DNA of 64,000 nucleotides from Mustelus asterias (GCF_964213995.1 NW_027590433.1:1-64000), one strand, 5' to 3'. Shown: positions 11,461 to 25,535, counted from the stretch's first letter. Notes: generated from the sequence alone by a model not told the origin. Program-made: numbers and translations.

Positions 11461-11829
11461 CCCTAGTCATTACCCTCGATAGATGGATAGCGAGCTCAGA
11501 TCTCAATGCTTAGTTAGACATGCCGCAGGTGGCAGACCAATCTCTGGGCCTCAGCAATGTGACAGACATGGATGTGCGACTCACTGGGTGACCTTGCATC
11601 CTGGTGAAGTTATGTAACTGGAGGGAAGCGATGTCCTGCTCGTATAACCGCAAAATTATTAACTCCGAAACTCAGCGAATATGTGAGGGACCTGGGTTCG
11701 AATCCCGTCATGGCAGATAGTGGAATTTGAATTCAATAATCTGGAATTAAGAATCTACTGGTGACCAGGAAAACCATTGTCGATTGTCGGAAAAACCCAT
11801 CTGGTTCATTAATTTCCTCTCGGGAAGGA

Positions 11830-13000
11830 AACATAGGAACATTGAAAATGGGAGCAGGAAGGGGCGTTTGGCCTTTCAAGCATGATCTGCCATTTATTAT
11901 GATCATGGTTGATCATCCACTCAATAGCCTAATCCTGCTTTCTCCCCATTAACCTTTGATCCCATTCGCTTCAAGTGCTATATCCAGCCGCTTCTTGAAT
12001 ACATTCAATCTTTTGGCAACAACTACTTCCTGTGGTAATAAATTTCACAGGCTCACCACTCTTTGGGTTAAGAAATGTCTCCTCACCTCCGTCCTAAATG
12101 GTCTACCCGGAATCCTCAGACCCCTGGTTCTGGACTCCCGCACCATCGGGAATATCCTCTCTTCATCTACTATGCCTTGTCCTGTTCGAATTTTATAAGT
12201 CTCTATGAGATCCATTGTCATCCCTTTAAGTAAGTCTCCCTAATCTATGAAGGCCAAATCACGCCTCATATCTTCATAGTCTCCTTGATTAAGATTCAGC
12301 ACAGTAGTCTCCGAGTCAACTACTTCACTCTCCACCTTGATAAAAAATTCTCTCATGTTTTGTTCACTCATCCCCAAGGGGTCTTGCACAGCTCGATTGG
12401 CAATTATTACCTTCTCACGACACAGGACCCAGTCTAAGGTGACCTGCTCCCTCGTTGGTTCCTTCACATATTGGTCAGGGAAACTATCCCGTATCCGGTC
12501 CAGGAAATCCTTCTCTACAGCATTGTGGCTAATTTGATTTACTCAATCAACGTGCGGATTAAAATCACCCTTGATCACATGTATTTCTAATTTCGTGTTT
12601 AATGCCATTTCCAACATCACCACTGCAGTTTCGCGGTCTGTATATGACACCCACTGATGTTTTCTGCCCCTTGGTATCTCTCAACTCTACCCATATAGAC
12701 TCCACATTATCAGAGCTAATATCGGTTCTCACCAGTTTGTTAATTTCCTCTTTAACCAGCAGTGCCGCTCCACCACCTTTTCCTTTATGCCTGTCCTTCC
12801 TAAATACTGAATACCCTGGGACATTCAGTTCCCATTCTTGGGAACCCTGCAGCCGTGTCTCCATAATTCCAATTATAGCATGCCCATTTATATCTATCTG
12901 CAAGATTAGTTCATTCACTCTATTGCCAATGCTCCGCGCATTAAGGCACAGAGCCTTTCAGCTTGTCTTTTTAACATTAATTGTCTCGTTTTTGAATTTT
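11830..13000 (-). mobile_element. Older CR1 LINE fragments (endonuclease region and 3' end)
   Basis: APE motifs ELNVPGYSVFRKDRHKGKGGG...VIYRP in ORF 12565-12918. Confidence 0.8.
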
Positions 13001-14092
13001 GTCCTTGGTTTCTCTGTATATCATTTTTCGTATTCCCTTTTCCACCTCTTGATTTTATCCTTGTTCCCTCCTTCTCTGACTCCTTACATAATTTCCCAAG
13101 CACCTGGCATATTAGTTTCATTGGGTGACCTTGCAGTATTGTGAGGTGGTGAAACTGGGGGTAGACGATAGCCTAGTGGCGTTATCGCTAGATTATTAAT
13201 CCAGGAAATCAACTAGTGTTCTGGGGACCCTGCATTCAAATCCCTCCACGGCAGATGGTGGAATTTGAATTCAATAATCTGGAATTAAGAATCTACTGTT
13301 GACGATGCAAACCACTGTTGGAAAAACCCATCTCGTTGAGTAATGTCCTTTAGAGAAAGAAATCTGCCATTCTTATTAGATCTGGCCAACATGTGCAATT
13401 TGATTGACACTCAAGGGCAATTGGGAATGGATAATAAACTCTGGCCAGCCAACGGTGCCCATGTCCCACGAATGGACAAAAAATATCTCTCTTTTGGAAA
13501 ATGAGCCCGAGTAACTGTTGATTCAAGTAAACATAAACGCATCTTTCAGACTCAACATGTCTGTTTACCTCTTCGAAATATAACAGGATTATGACAATAA
13601 GAACAGATAATGCTGGGAAAAACCACAGCAGATCAGGCAGCATCTGTAAGGAGAGAAAGCTTAGCTAACAAATTAAAGACTATCCGTTGAATTGTATTTC
13701 TTTTCTGCCAGGTTTTGAGGCGTCACTGGCAAAGCCATGTTGCAAATTTCTGTTAAGCCATTTCAGAGATTGGCAGAGCAGGCGCAAAGGGCTGAATAGC
13801 CTTCCCTTGTTCCTATGTTAACTCGCAAAGTTTCAGAGTCAAAATATATTTGTTGTTATATTTGACCAGTGGCTACCTTGGCTCAGAAATTCTTCACTTT
13901 GATAGAATCTGAGAGCATCCAAGGAGGCTCTTCGGCCCATTTAGCCTGTGATGGTGGGGAAGGGGCAGATATGCAATGTCTGTTACCTGCAGCGAATCAG
14001 TGACTGTTCCAGCTTTTTCTTTGCCGTGAATTGTCTGAAATCTGAAACAGCTATCTCAATAGAAGGTTTCTGTCTGAGCAATTGTTACTGTG

Positions 14093-14142
14093 CTACGCAA
14101 AGCTAACGTTCGGCAGCGGCACCCAGGTGACAGTTGTACCAA
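14093..14142 (+). CDS. TCR J segment J10, intact: YAKLTFGSGTQVTVVP
   Basis: GGTTTCTGT (14065-14073), 12-nt spacer, TACTGTG (14086-14092); donor GTGAGT at 14143. Confidence 0.95.
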
Positions 14143-14930
14143 GTGAGTGTGAAGTCAGTGTGTTTCTATTCTTTCACTCCACATCTCCTCTGTGATCTAG
14201 TTTTCTGTTGTTAGTAGGCTAGTCAAGTTGGACAGAGTGCCAATATAATATGTGGCATGCAGGCGAAGAGATTGCACAGTTTTGAGTCAGTTTTGATCCA
14301 GCTCAGCTTACCCAGTCATTAGAGGTACATGGGACAGGAGTTGGGACTGCACGCCTCAGTAATATGGTATTGAACTGAGAAGCAGATTTGTGTACTGTTA
14401 GTGGGATAGGAAGATTCCATCCAGAGAGTTGATCGAAAAGAAAGAGGGGAGACGAATAAGTACCATTGTTCTGTTTAAACCTTTGTAATTGTGAATGACA
14501 CAGGCTTTTCATTTTCTTGTTGAAAAATAAATTCTCCTCATATCAGTCCCATATTCTTTGACTATGAACCCCGGTTCTGGACCCTGCTGCCATCCTGCAT
14601 TTACCGTGTCTAATCCTGCATTATGGGCTTTAATGAGATCTCCTGCTCCTGCCTCCCTTCTTCTGAACCCCAGACAATAAAATCCTAGCCGACTCAATCT
14701 CCCCTCATATGTCAGTCCTGCCACTCCATTATCTGTCCGGTGAACCTTTGGTGCACTCCCTCTTTAGCCAGAACATCCTTTCTTGGATATTGTTTTGCAT
14801 TTTTTTCTGGACGAAATAATGAACCAGCTGTGGAAGCAAATCGAATCTCAAAAACCTTAGCATGAAAAGCAATCCTTACATTGCTATTCATGTGGGTTAT
14901 GTCGATTTTGTACCATCTGGAATCACTGTG

Positions 14931-14990
14931 CAAACTATGCAACCAGAAAGCTTATCTTTGGCAGTGGAACCAAACTCACTGTAGAACCCA
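14931..14990 (+). CDS. TCR J segment J11, intact: NYATRKLIFGSGTKLTVEP
   Basis: CGATTTTGT (14903-14911), 12-nt spacer, CACTGTG (14924-14930); donor GTAAGT at 14991. Confidence 0.95.
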
Positions 14991-15758
14991 GTAAGTGAAA
15001 CTATTCTCTGCATTTTGTGTCTGGTTATAGTTTACGAAAGTAATGTCCGATTCTCATACACCTGTAAAGAATCTTTATCCTGTAATTGCTGCTGTTGAGT
15101 TGATTAGGAGGAGCAGGAGGCGAGAGGGTGGAGTGAAAAATTAAAACGTCCTCTGACAACTCTGTGTTAGAATTTACAAACAGCAAATTATTAGACTCCT
15201 GCAACGATGGAGGAGACCATTAAGCCCATCGCTCTTGCTTTGGGGACAGTAAAATCATCGTCATTGAATTTTACAGAACAGGAAGAGGTCCTGCGGCCCA
15301 TTGTGCCTGCTCCAGCCATTATAACCATATATATTCCAATCGCATTTTTCAGCACTTGGTTGTAGCCTTGAATGCTACAGCATAAATGATCTTTGGACTT
15401 GCATGCCAAGGTCCCTCTGGTCCTCTGCACTTTCTCGCGTCCTGCAGTTCATGGCGTATTCCCTTGCCTTCTTACCCCTCGCAAAATGCATCACCTCACA
15501 CTTTTCAGGTTTAAATTCCGTTTGGCACTGCTCTACCTGTCTGACCAGCTCGCCCATATCGTCCTGTAATCTTTGCAAGTCAGTGACACTTAACCTCACA
15601 CGAAAAACATGTGTGCATCCTTGGCTTGACTTTGTGTGAAATTTGTATACAGCGCTCCCGAAATAATGCAAATTAAATGTCTTTCTTCTGTCCTCTGTGA
15701 GGTAAATATGACTCAGCTGCTGCAATGCGAAGTTTCTGTCTTGGAAATTCTTCCTGCA

Positions 15759-15810
15759 TATTTACTAATCACAGTGAGACACCCACATTCAGCAGTGAAA
15801 TATGTGACCA
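15759..15810 (+). pseudogene. Possible heavily decayed J relic (TNHSETPTFSSEI...)
   Basis: Nonamer-like AGTTTCTGT (15731-15739), TFSSE resembling TFGSG, and GTAAGG at the expected distance; heptamer lost. Confidence 0.35.
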
Positions 15811-16743
15811 GTAAGGATAAGCTTACTTAATGTCATTATCTGCTGTGTGACAGACAGGGAGCCAGCATCATGTGGGAAGGTAATTGAGGACATTGCACTG
15901 ATATAATGAATTTGCGCAGCTGAATATCCACCTCAGCTCGTCCTAAATTGCAGTGTCCAGTCTTTTTTTAGCTCCAGTCCTTAGTAATGTCATATTGAAC
16001 TAAAAATATCATAATTTTACTTTTACTTCTTGGATGTGGGCATTAAATCAAATCAAATCAAATCAAATCCGAATTGCCCTCTGGGCAATTTCAGGTTCCA
16101 TGACATCGCTTCTTGGATCCAAACCACTGGACGACATATTTCCTTCTCCAAAGGACATTGTTGATCTAAATGGGCATTTACAACCTATGGCAGGAGTCCT
16201 GTTTTCATTCGCAAACTTGGCAATAATAAATTCACTTCCCTCGTCCAAGTCATTATGTATATTGTAAATAATTGTGGCCCGAGCATTGATCGCTGAGGCA
16301 CTCCACTTGTAACAGATTGTCATCCTGAAAATGCTCCTCTTATCCCAACTCTCTGTATCCTATCGATTGGCCAATCCTCTGTCCATGCGAATATATTACC
16401 CCAAAAAGCATGAACTCTGAATTAGCCCTTTGTCCGAGATCTTATTCAAAGCTTTCTCCTGCAAAGATAAAATGCCAACCATTGAACGGCAATGCTTTTT
16501 TACGGCAATCGTCGATAGTTCCCGTAGTTTTTACTAGAGGCTACACTTAGATCAATTTATTTGAAATTACTCCGAGTGCTGGGGTGGGAATTGAACCCAT
16601 TTCTTCAGAGAAATTAGCCCGGGGCTCTGCGCTGCTAATCCAATGACATTGCCATTTCACTTCAACCATCCCACAATGTTGCATGAAGAATGTTTAGTGA
16701 TAGTTTCAATCAAAAGTTTGTTACAGAGTCAGATATCACTGTG

Positions 16744-16810
16744 ATTAATTTCGTCTTGTGAGCTTTATGAAAGAATTAATATTCAGCGCTATCACCCATG
16801 GACTTCATGG
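16744..16810 (+). pseudogene. Possible decayed J relic (KELIFSAIT)
   Basis: Perfect CACTGTG (16737-16743) with a GTTTGTT-like nonamer 12-13 nt upstream, followed by LIFSAIT; no donor. Confidence 0.35.
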
Positions 16811-18164
16811 ACATATATAATATAGAGAAAGATAGAAAATAGGAGCACGAGTAGGCCATTCGACACTTAGACCCTGCTCTGCCATTCGACACGACCGTGG
16901 CTGACCCTGTAACTCAATACCATACTAGCCCTCTCCTCATAATTCTTGACACCTTGAGAGTATAGAAATATATATCCTTTTAAAATATATTCACTGATTT
17001 CGCATCCACAAACTTCTGTGGTAGAGAATTACAGTTTTACCAGCCTCTGAGTCAAGACAAAATGTCCTCATCTCAGAATTAAATGTCCAACCCTGAACAC
17101 TGAAACTTTGCTCCCTTTTTCTGGACCCCACCCCGCCAAAGGAAACAACATCCCTGCATCCAGTCTGCTCATCCCTGCTAAAATTCTGTATATTTCAAGG
17201 ACATCGCCTCTCATGTTCTAAACTCCAAGTGAATACAGATGCAGTCGCCTCTCCTGAAACGACAATCCTGCCATCCTAATAATCAGTCTGGTGTACTTTT
17301 TCTGCACTCTTTCTCTTGCAAGTGTATTTTTTCTTCGAAAGGAGACCAAAACTGCACACAATATTAGATTTCATCAAAAAAGGATTGGATTTAGGAAATG
17401 TCTTAATGGAGGAAAGTGAGGTATTAAGTTGAAAAATGTTTCCTGATTTCGCTCCTGAAAGTCTTAAACATTAAACATCGTCTAAAATCCAATTTGCTTG
17501 AATCTTGAACTCCCCAACCAGCAGCAAATGTTCCTGTTTATCAACCCTCTCCGTTTGGGAATGATTAAGTCACTCCTTAACTAAATTCCAGCGTTTTAGA
17601 GTTAAACATCATCTACACTGTTAATCGGGTACTCTGAACATACATACAGCTTACAGAGTAAAATTTCTTCTCCTCCTGCTCTGTTCAAGGAATTCTTAAA
17701 TGCTGATTTTTAATTTTATGAAAACCAGAACAAAAATGTTGCCGGTTCTGATTGCGGACTCTTCTTTATTTCAATCCTGATCTCAGATCTTTACATTCAA
17801 ACATGAATATTAAGCTCTGAATATATTTTTCGGTCTCTCAGTGTTTATGCATTCTGTCTTCTATACCTGTCTGAAGAATTTGAATAAAGACATTCGTTGA
17901 TCAATGCTTAGTCGTAGCATATGGACAATTATAAACAACATGGTTCATTGATTTTTAATTCTAAGGTGCGTTAACTTACATTTCCCTGCACTGAAAACAT
18001 CCATTAGTTTTATCCATTCACAAAATATTAATATTTCTTTGCAATTTGATGTTTCCAGCTACGCTGCTTACAATGCTGTTTATTGTGTCATTTGCATATT
18101 CAGCATTCTATCACATTTTATCACATTGTCTTAATAAACACGACTACACTGCATATCATTCTGT

Positions 18165-19514
18165 ATAGATATATATGTGCGTGCGTATTTGTGCGTGCGC
18201 GCGTGCGTGTGTGTGTGTGTGTTTATGTGTGAGTGTGTTTGTACGTCTGTATGTCCATACCTGTCTGTGTGAGTGTCTGCGGCGTGTGTATGTATTCAAA
18301 TCTCGAATCAACATAGGAGCAGGTATAGGCCATTTGGCCCATCAATACTGATCGAACATTCAAACTGATCATGGCACATTCACACACGTTCACAGACGTG
18401 CACACACGCACCCACCCATACAAAAGCACACACAGAAACACTCACACAGATGCACACAAACACACACACAAGCTACACGCACACTCACAGAATTTTGTGA
18501 CACAGAAACGTAGCATTTGCCTTCCTCATTGTTTGCTGTACATGAATGCTAGCTTTTAGTGAACAGGTCTCTCTGGAAGTCAACTCTTTTCAACCACGCA
18601 CCATGTAGGACATATTCTGTATTTCTGTTCTTTTTCCCCCCAACCAGAGTGGATAACTTCATACTTAGTTACTTTTTATTCCATCTGCTATGTCTTTGCG
18701 CATTCACTCAGCCTGTCCAAATGTCCTTGAAGCCCCCATTGCATCCTCCTCTCCATTATGTCTGTGCCATCAGCAAGGTTTTACCTATTTTATTTGGTCC
18801 CCACATCAAGTTTCTGGGTGTGTTCCAGTCACTGTGTTTGTTTCTGGGCATGTCTGTCTCTCAATACCTCCGTCTGATTGTCTCTCGATCTGTGCGTGTG
18901 TGTGTTTGTATGTGTGTGTGTGGGTGTGTGTACGCCTGTGTGCCTGTACGTCCATGCTTGCCTGTGTGTGTCTGCGGCGTGCAAAAGTATTTCAGTCTCA
19001 AAGGAACACAAGAGCAGGAGTAGGCCATTTGGCCCAAAAATAATGCTCCAACTTTCAAACAGATCATGGTACACGCACACACACACACACACACACACAC
19101 GCTCTCGCGCTCCTATTTGATTCCACAAATATGTAGCATTTGCCTTCCACATGTCTTGCTGTGCCGACATGCTAATTTTTACTGACCCATGAACAAGGAC
19201 ATCCAGCTCTCTCTGGCAACAACCCTGTCCAATCTCGCACTGTTTAGGAAATACTCTGCTTTTCTGATGTCTTTTCTTTCTGCCAGAATGGATAACTTCA
19301 CACATATTCAGTTTTATTTCATCTACCATGTTCTTGCCCATTTACTCAGCCTGTCCCAATTCCCTTCAAGTCCTCCTTGTATCCTCCTCACCATTAGTTG
19401 TGCTCATCAGCAAGACTGGAAATATTTTATTTGGTCCCCAAATCCAGTCTCTCTGTGTTTGTGTGTGGTGCTGGGTGTGTGTGTCTCTCAATGTCTCAGT
19501 GTGTGTCTGTGTGT

Positions 19515-19548
<34 letters not shown>

Positions 19549-19605
19549 GGGAGGGGGAGGGGGGCGGGGCGGGGGTATACATGCTTCCAGATGCATGTGT
19601 GTGTC
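18165..19605. repeat. Degenerate TG/CA microsatellite mosaic with LINE fragments, roughly two tandem 630-700 bp units, plus a poly-G run (19515-19547)
   Basis: GTCTGCGGCGTG, TAGGCCATTTGGCCC, TAGCATTTGCCTTCC and TTTTATTTGGTCCCCA each occur twice about 630-700 bp apart. Confidence 0.8.
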
Positions 19606-19612
19606 ATAGTGT

Positions 19613-22032
19613 CATAGAATCATAGAGGTTTACAACTTGGAAACAGGCCCTTTGGCCCAACTTTTTCATGGCGCCTTTTTCATAAACCCTAAGCCAGCCC
19701 CAAATGCCTGCATTTGGCCCATATCCCTCTAAACCCATCGTACCCATGTAACTGTCCAAATGCCTTTTAAAAGACAAAATTGTACCTGCCTCTACTACTA
19801 CCTCTGGCAGCTTGTTCCACACTCACCACCCTCTGTGTGAAAGAAATGCCCCTGTGGACACTTTTGTATCTCTCCCTCTCACCTTAAACCTATGCCCTCT
19901 AGTTGCAGACTCCCCTACCTTTGACTATCTGACTGATCTATGCCCCTCATTATTTTATAGACCTCTATGAGATCACCTCTCAGCCCCCTCAGAGAAAAAA
20001 GTCCCAGTCTATCCAGCTTCTCCTTATAACTCAAACCATCAAGTCCCAGTAGCATCCTGGAAAATCTTTTCTGCACTCTTTCTAGTTTAATCATATCATT
20101 TCTATAATAGGGTGATCAGAACTGTACACAGTATTCAAAGTGTGGCCTTAACAATGTCTTGTACAACTTCAACAAGACGTCCCAACTCCGATATTCAATG
20201 TTCTGACCAATGAAACCAAGCATGCTGAATGCCGTCTTCACCAATCTGTCCACCTGTGACGCCACTTTCAAGGAGCAATGAACGTGCACCCCTAGATCTC
20301 TTTGTTCTGTATGTCTCCCCAACGCCCTACCATTAACTGAGTGAGTCCTGCCCTGGTTCAATCTACCAAAATGCCTCACCTCGCATTTGTCTAAATTAAA
20401 CTCTGTCTGCCACTCGTCAGCCCACTGGCTCAATTGATCAAGATCCCGTTGCAATCCGAAATAACCTTCCGCACTGTCCACTATGCCACATATCTTGGTG
20501 TCACCTGCAAACTTACCAACCATGCCTCCTATATTTTCATCCAAATCATTAATATAGATGACAAATAACATTGGACCCAACACTGATCCCTGAGGCACTC
20601 CGCTGGTCACAGGCCTCCAGTTTGAAAAACAACGTCTACAACCACCCTCTGGCTTCTGTGATCAAGCCAATTTTGTATCCATTTGGCTTCCTCACGCTGG
20701 ATCCTGTGAGATTTAACCTTACAATCAACCTACCATGAGGAAACTTGTCAAAGGCCTTGCCAACTTCCATGTAGACAACATCAACTGCCTTCTTGGCTAT
20801 CCCTTCAAAAACTCAAACTCACAAGGCCATGCTGACTGTCCCGAATCAGTCCTTGCATTTCTAAATGCCTGTAGATCCTGTCTCTCAAAATACGTTCCAA
20901 CAACTTACCCACCACAGATGTGAGACTCACTGGCCTGCAGTTCCCAGGCTTTTCCCTGCAGCCCTTTTTAAACAAAGGCACAACATTTGCCACCCTCCAA
21001 TCTTCAGGCATCTCACCTATGACTAACAATGATTTAAATATCTCTGCTCGGGAACCCGCAAATTCCTCCCTAGCCTCCCACAATATCCTGGGATACACTT
21101 CATCAGTTCTCGGGGATTTATCTACCTCAATGCGCTTTAAGACTTCCAGCACCTCTTTCTCTGTTATATGTACACTCCTTAAGACATCACTATTTATTTC
21201 CCCAAGTTCCCTAACAACCATGCTTTTCTCAACAGTAAAGACTGATGAGAAATATTCATTTAGGATCTCACCTGATAAATGTGAGGTGATTCATTTTGGT
21301 AGGACTAATTTAAATGTGGATTACGGGGTCAAAGGTACGGTTCTGAAGACTGTGGAGGAACAGAGAGATCTTGGGGTCCATATCCACAGATCTCTAAAGG
21401 TTGCCACTCAAGTGGATAGAGCTGTGAAGAAGGCCTATAGTGTGTGGAGTTTAAGAGCCGTGGGGTTATGCTGCAACTGTACAGGACCTTGGTGAGACCA
21501 CATTTGGAATATTGTGTGCAGTTCTGGTCACCTCACTATAAGAAGGATGTGGAAGCGCTGGAAAGAGTGCAGAGGAGATTTACCAGGATGCTACCTGGTT
21601 TGGAGGGTAGGTCTTATGAGGAAAGGTTGAGGGCGCTCGGGCTCTTCTCTCTGGAGCGGAGGAGGCTGAGGGGAGACTTAATAGAGGTTTATAAAATGAT
21701 GAAGGGGATAGATAGAGTGAACGTTCAAAGACTATTTCCTCGGGTGGATGGAGCTATTACAAGGGGGCATAACTATAGGGTTCGTGGTGGGAGATATAGG
21801 AAGGATATCAGAGGTAGATTCTTTACGCAGAGAGTGGTTGGGGTGTGGAATGGACTGCCTGCAGTGATCGTGGAGTCAGACACTTGAGGAACATTTAAGC
21901 GGTTATTGGATAGGCACATGGAGCACACCAGGATGATAGGGAGTGGGATAGCTTGATCTTGGTTTCAGATAAAGCTCGGCACAACATCGCGGGCCGAAGG
22001 GCCTGTTCTGTGCTGTACTGTTCTATGTTTCT
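19613..22032. mobile_element. Head-to-head 5'-truncated CR1 LINEs (minus 19613-21270; plus 21271-22032)
   Basis: RT and C-terminal ORFs 20116-20610(-), 20805-21221(-) and 21444-21887(+); outward-facing tails. Confidence 0.92.
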
Positions 22033-22182
22033 ATTTTCACCCGTGTGTGTGTGTATGTATATGTGTGCGCGCGCGTGTGTGTGTATGTGTGTGTGTGTTT
22101 GTGTGCATATGTGTCTATGCATGTCCGTCTATCTGCTTATATGCCTGGGCATGTGTGCGTGTGCATGTGAGTGTGTGAATGT

Positions 22183-22238
<56 letters not shown>

Positions 22239-22440
22239 AAGAGAGGCGTCACTCCTCAGCCTTCTCTGTGCCAAGCGAAAAAGCCCTAATTATCCAGTCT
22301 CAGCATTCGGTAAATTAATGGAGAAAATCACATAGGGTTAAGACATAGAAAAAATGCGGGTCTAATCGAATGGCTCAGCAGGTTGGAGGAGGTCACTCTG
22401 TTGGATTCTGATTATTTCCTTTTATTTATTAAATTTTCAG

Positions 22441-22752
22441 AGGCGAAAGGCCCGGTAGAACCAAAATTGAGCGTCTTTTACCCGCCAGTGCCACGGGGAG
22501 CCACCGGCACCGACACAGCTGCAGTATGCTTGGCCTCGGACTTCTCGCCCAACGCAATCCAGCTCTCCCTGTACACGGGATCCGGCCAGGAGGCCAATGT
22601 GACAAGATCCAGTGTCCTATTGGAGAGCGGGAATTACAGGAGCTCGGGTTTTCTCTCTTTCCCCCAATCCGAGGAATCGCCAAACATCACGTGCAAGGCA
22701 TTTCACGATAATCGAAATTACTCAGTAAACATCCCGCCCACAGCTGAAATTG
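22441..22752 (+). CDS. TRDC: TCR delta constant region, exon 1 (C1-set Ig domain)
   Basis: Acceptor TTTTCAG at 22440 and donor GTAAGT at 22753, phase 1/1 compatible with the J donors. AKGPVEPKLSVFYPP...TAAVCLASDFSP...NVTRSSVLLESGNYRSSGFLSFP...NITCKAFH has both Ig cysteines and matches my recollection of skate/shark C-delta rather than C-alpha. Confidence 0.9.
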
Positions 22753-23199
22753 GTAAGTTTATTTTATTTTCGTTCACGTGATGTGGGTGTCCTTGGCTTG
22801 GCCAACATTTATTGCCCGTCCTAAATTGCCCTTCAGCAGAGGACATTTAAGAGTCACTTGCCGGCCAGACCATGTAAGGACGGCAGATTTCGTTCGCTAA
22901 AGGAAGTTAGTGAACCAGATGAGTTTTAATGATAATCGACAATGGTTTCAGGGTCATCATGAAACTTTTAATTCCAATTTTTAAAAAAATGTTCAAATTT
23001 CGCAGCTGCCATCCCCAGGTCAGCATTCTGGGTCGTTGGATTACCAGTCCAGTGACAATGCCACTGCGCCACTGCGTCCTCTCAGAATGTTTTATGACAG
23101 GAAGAACTTGCTCTAAATATTATCCATCCTCTTAACGACCTAAGGACTCTCGGTGTCATCGTCACTCAAAGTGTAGTCTTTTTGAAAGGTTAGCTGACT

Positions 23200-24990
23200 A
23201 ATGATTGACGGTCAATTATCCTAGTCTGGGGACTTCACTGCAGGAGTTCCTCAGTGTGTCAGGCCTAACCAGCTTCAGTTGCTTCATCAATCACCTTCAA
23301 TCCATTATAAGGTCAGAAGTTGGGATGTTCGCTGATGACTGAACAATTTTCAGCACCATTCGTGACACCTCAGATCTTGAAGTAGTGCATTACAAATGCA
23401 GCAATAGCTGGACAATACCTAGGCTTTGACTGACAAGCTACAAGTAACATTTGCGCCACACATGTTCCAGGCAATGACCAACTCCAACAGGAAAGAAGCT
23501 AACAACCGGCTCTTGACATTTAATGGCATTACCATGACTGAAACAAAGAACAAAGAAAATTACAGCACAGGAACAGGCCCTTCGGCCCTCCAAGCCTGCA
23601 CCGACTATGCTGCCCGACTTAACTAAAACCCCTTTCCCTTCCGGGGACCATATCGCTCTATTCCCATCTTATTCATGTATTTGTCCAGATGTCCCTTAAA
23701 ACTCACTATCGTATCTCCTTCCACTACCTCCCCCGGCAACGAGTTCCAGACACCCACCACCTTCTGTGTAAAAACTCTGCCTCGTACGTCTCCTTTAAAC
23801 CTTGCCCCTCGCACCTTAAACCTATGCCCCCGAGTAATTGACTCTTCCACCCTGGGAAAAAGCTTCTAACTATCCACTCTGTCCATGCCTCTCATAATCC
23901 TGTAGACTTCTATCAGGTCAACCCCCACTATCAACATCCTGAGGGTTAACGTTGCTCAGAAACTGGACTGGACTATCCATATAAGTGCTGTAGCTGCAAG
24001 AGAATGTCGGAGGTTGGGAATCCTGTGGTGAGTAACGTATCTCCTCATCCCCCAAATCCTCTGCCCCATCCACAAGACATAATCATGACTGTGGTAGTGT
24101 ATTCGCCACTTGCCTCGATGAATGCAGCTCCAACAACACTCAGACATTTGACACGACCCAGGACAAAGCAGCTCCGCTTGATTAACAGTGTGTTTATGAG
24201 TGTCACAAGTCGGCTTACATTAAAACTTCAATGAATTTATTGTGACAATCCCATAGTCGCCACACTCTGTGCCTGTTCGGGTTACACTGAGGGAGAATTT
24301 AGCATGGCCAATGCATCTAATCAGCACGTCTTTCGGACTGTGGGAGGAAACCGGAGCGCCCGGATCAAACCCACGCTGACACGAGGAAAACGTGCAGACT
24401 CTGCACAGACAGTCACCCAAGCTGGGAATCGAACACAGGTCCCTGACACTGTGGGCGGGGGGGAGTGGCGGGGGGGGGGGGGGGCGGAGGGGAGTGGCGG
24501 GGCGTTGGGGGGGGGGTGGCGGTGCAGCAGTACTAACCACTGTGCCACTGTGCGGCTCAAGCATTAAGTACTCTATTCACAAACATCCACTTCTTCCACC
24601 ACCGAAGCACAATGGCAGCAGTGTGTGCCATCCACAAGATACACAGCAGTAACTCTCCAAGTCTCCTTCCGCTGAATCTTCCAAACTCACGACCGTTATC
24701 ATCTCGGAGGACAAGGGCAGCAGATACCTGGGAACACCATCATCTGGACGTTACCCTCCATGTCACTCAGCATCCTGACTTGGAAATGTTTCGGCAGTTC
24801 CTTCACTGTCGCAGAGTCAAAATGGTGGAACTTCTTCCCTAACAGCACTGTGTGTGTACGTACCCCTGACAGACTGCAGAGGTTCAAGCAGGAGACTCAC
24901 AACCATCTTCTGAAGGGGGCAATTAGGGATTGGCAATAAATGCTGACCTGCCAGTGATGTCCACATTCCGTAAATGAATAAAAATAATAA
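23200..24990. mobile_element. Old LINE (+) with a nested CR1 3' fragment (23541-23920, -) and a SINE (24220-24556, -)
   Basis: MFADD-like RT remnant near 23326; TRGHRFKV ORF 23623-23850; SINE body on the minus strand. Confidence 0.75.
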
Positions 24991-25472
24991 GAGCTAACTA
25001 TTATAATTCAGGGCAGTGTGCAGGACCCGTAACTGCTGGTACATCACCGAATTTAGGAACGTATTAAATACTAACCAGGGTACTGGAGAATCCCGTTCCT
25101 CTGGAGAAATGCCCTGATATCATTTAATCCACTGCAGAGCTGAAATCAGGCCTCGGTTTCACGACGTTTTCGGAAGACAGTGAAATACTGCACTGATGGA
25201 ACGGCTCTGGATCCTGGGTTTTAATCCCTGATGGGGAATCTACCCTGCACTCTTTGAACTCAGAATTGGGACGAACTAAATGGCAGAGCTACCAATGTTT
25301 CTCCGTTGTGAATAATCAAGTGAACAAGTCCAATCGTGCTGTTTGATTCTTACTTTCTTCGTGGCTTTTGGTTATGACAACAACATTATTCAAAGTGATA
25401 TTGAGAACAAACATGGTTACAGTAATGTCACTTGCTCACTTAATAAGTCAAATGTCATTTTTGCCCTTCCAG

Positions 25473-25535
25473 ATAAACCTAAATGCCCTACAGGTCGAAG
25501 TGATTCCTTGACAGAATCAAGTGACACGGAAAACG
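25473..25535 (+). CDS. TRDC: TCR delta constant region, exon 2 (connecting peptide DKPKCPTGRSDSLTESSDTEN)
   Basis: Acceptor CCTTCCAG at 25472, donor GTATGT at 25536, 63 nt, phase 1/1, one Cys for the interchain disulfide. Confidence 0.85.
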
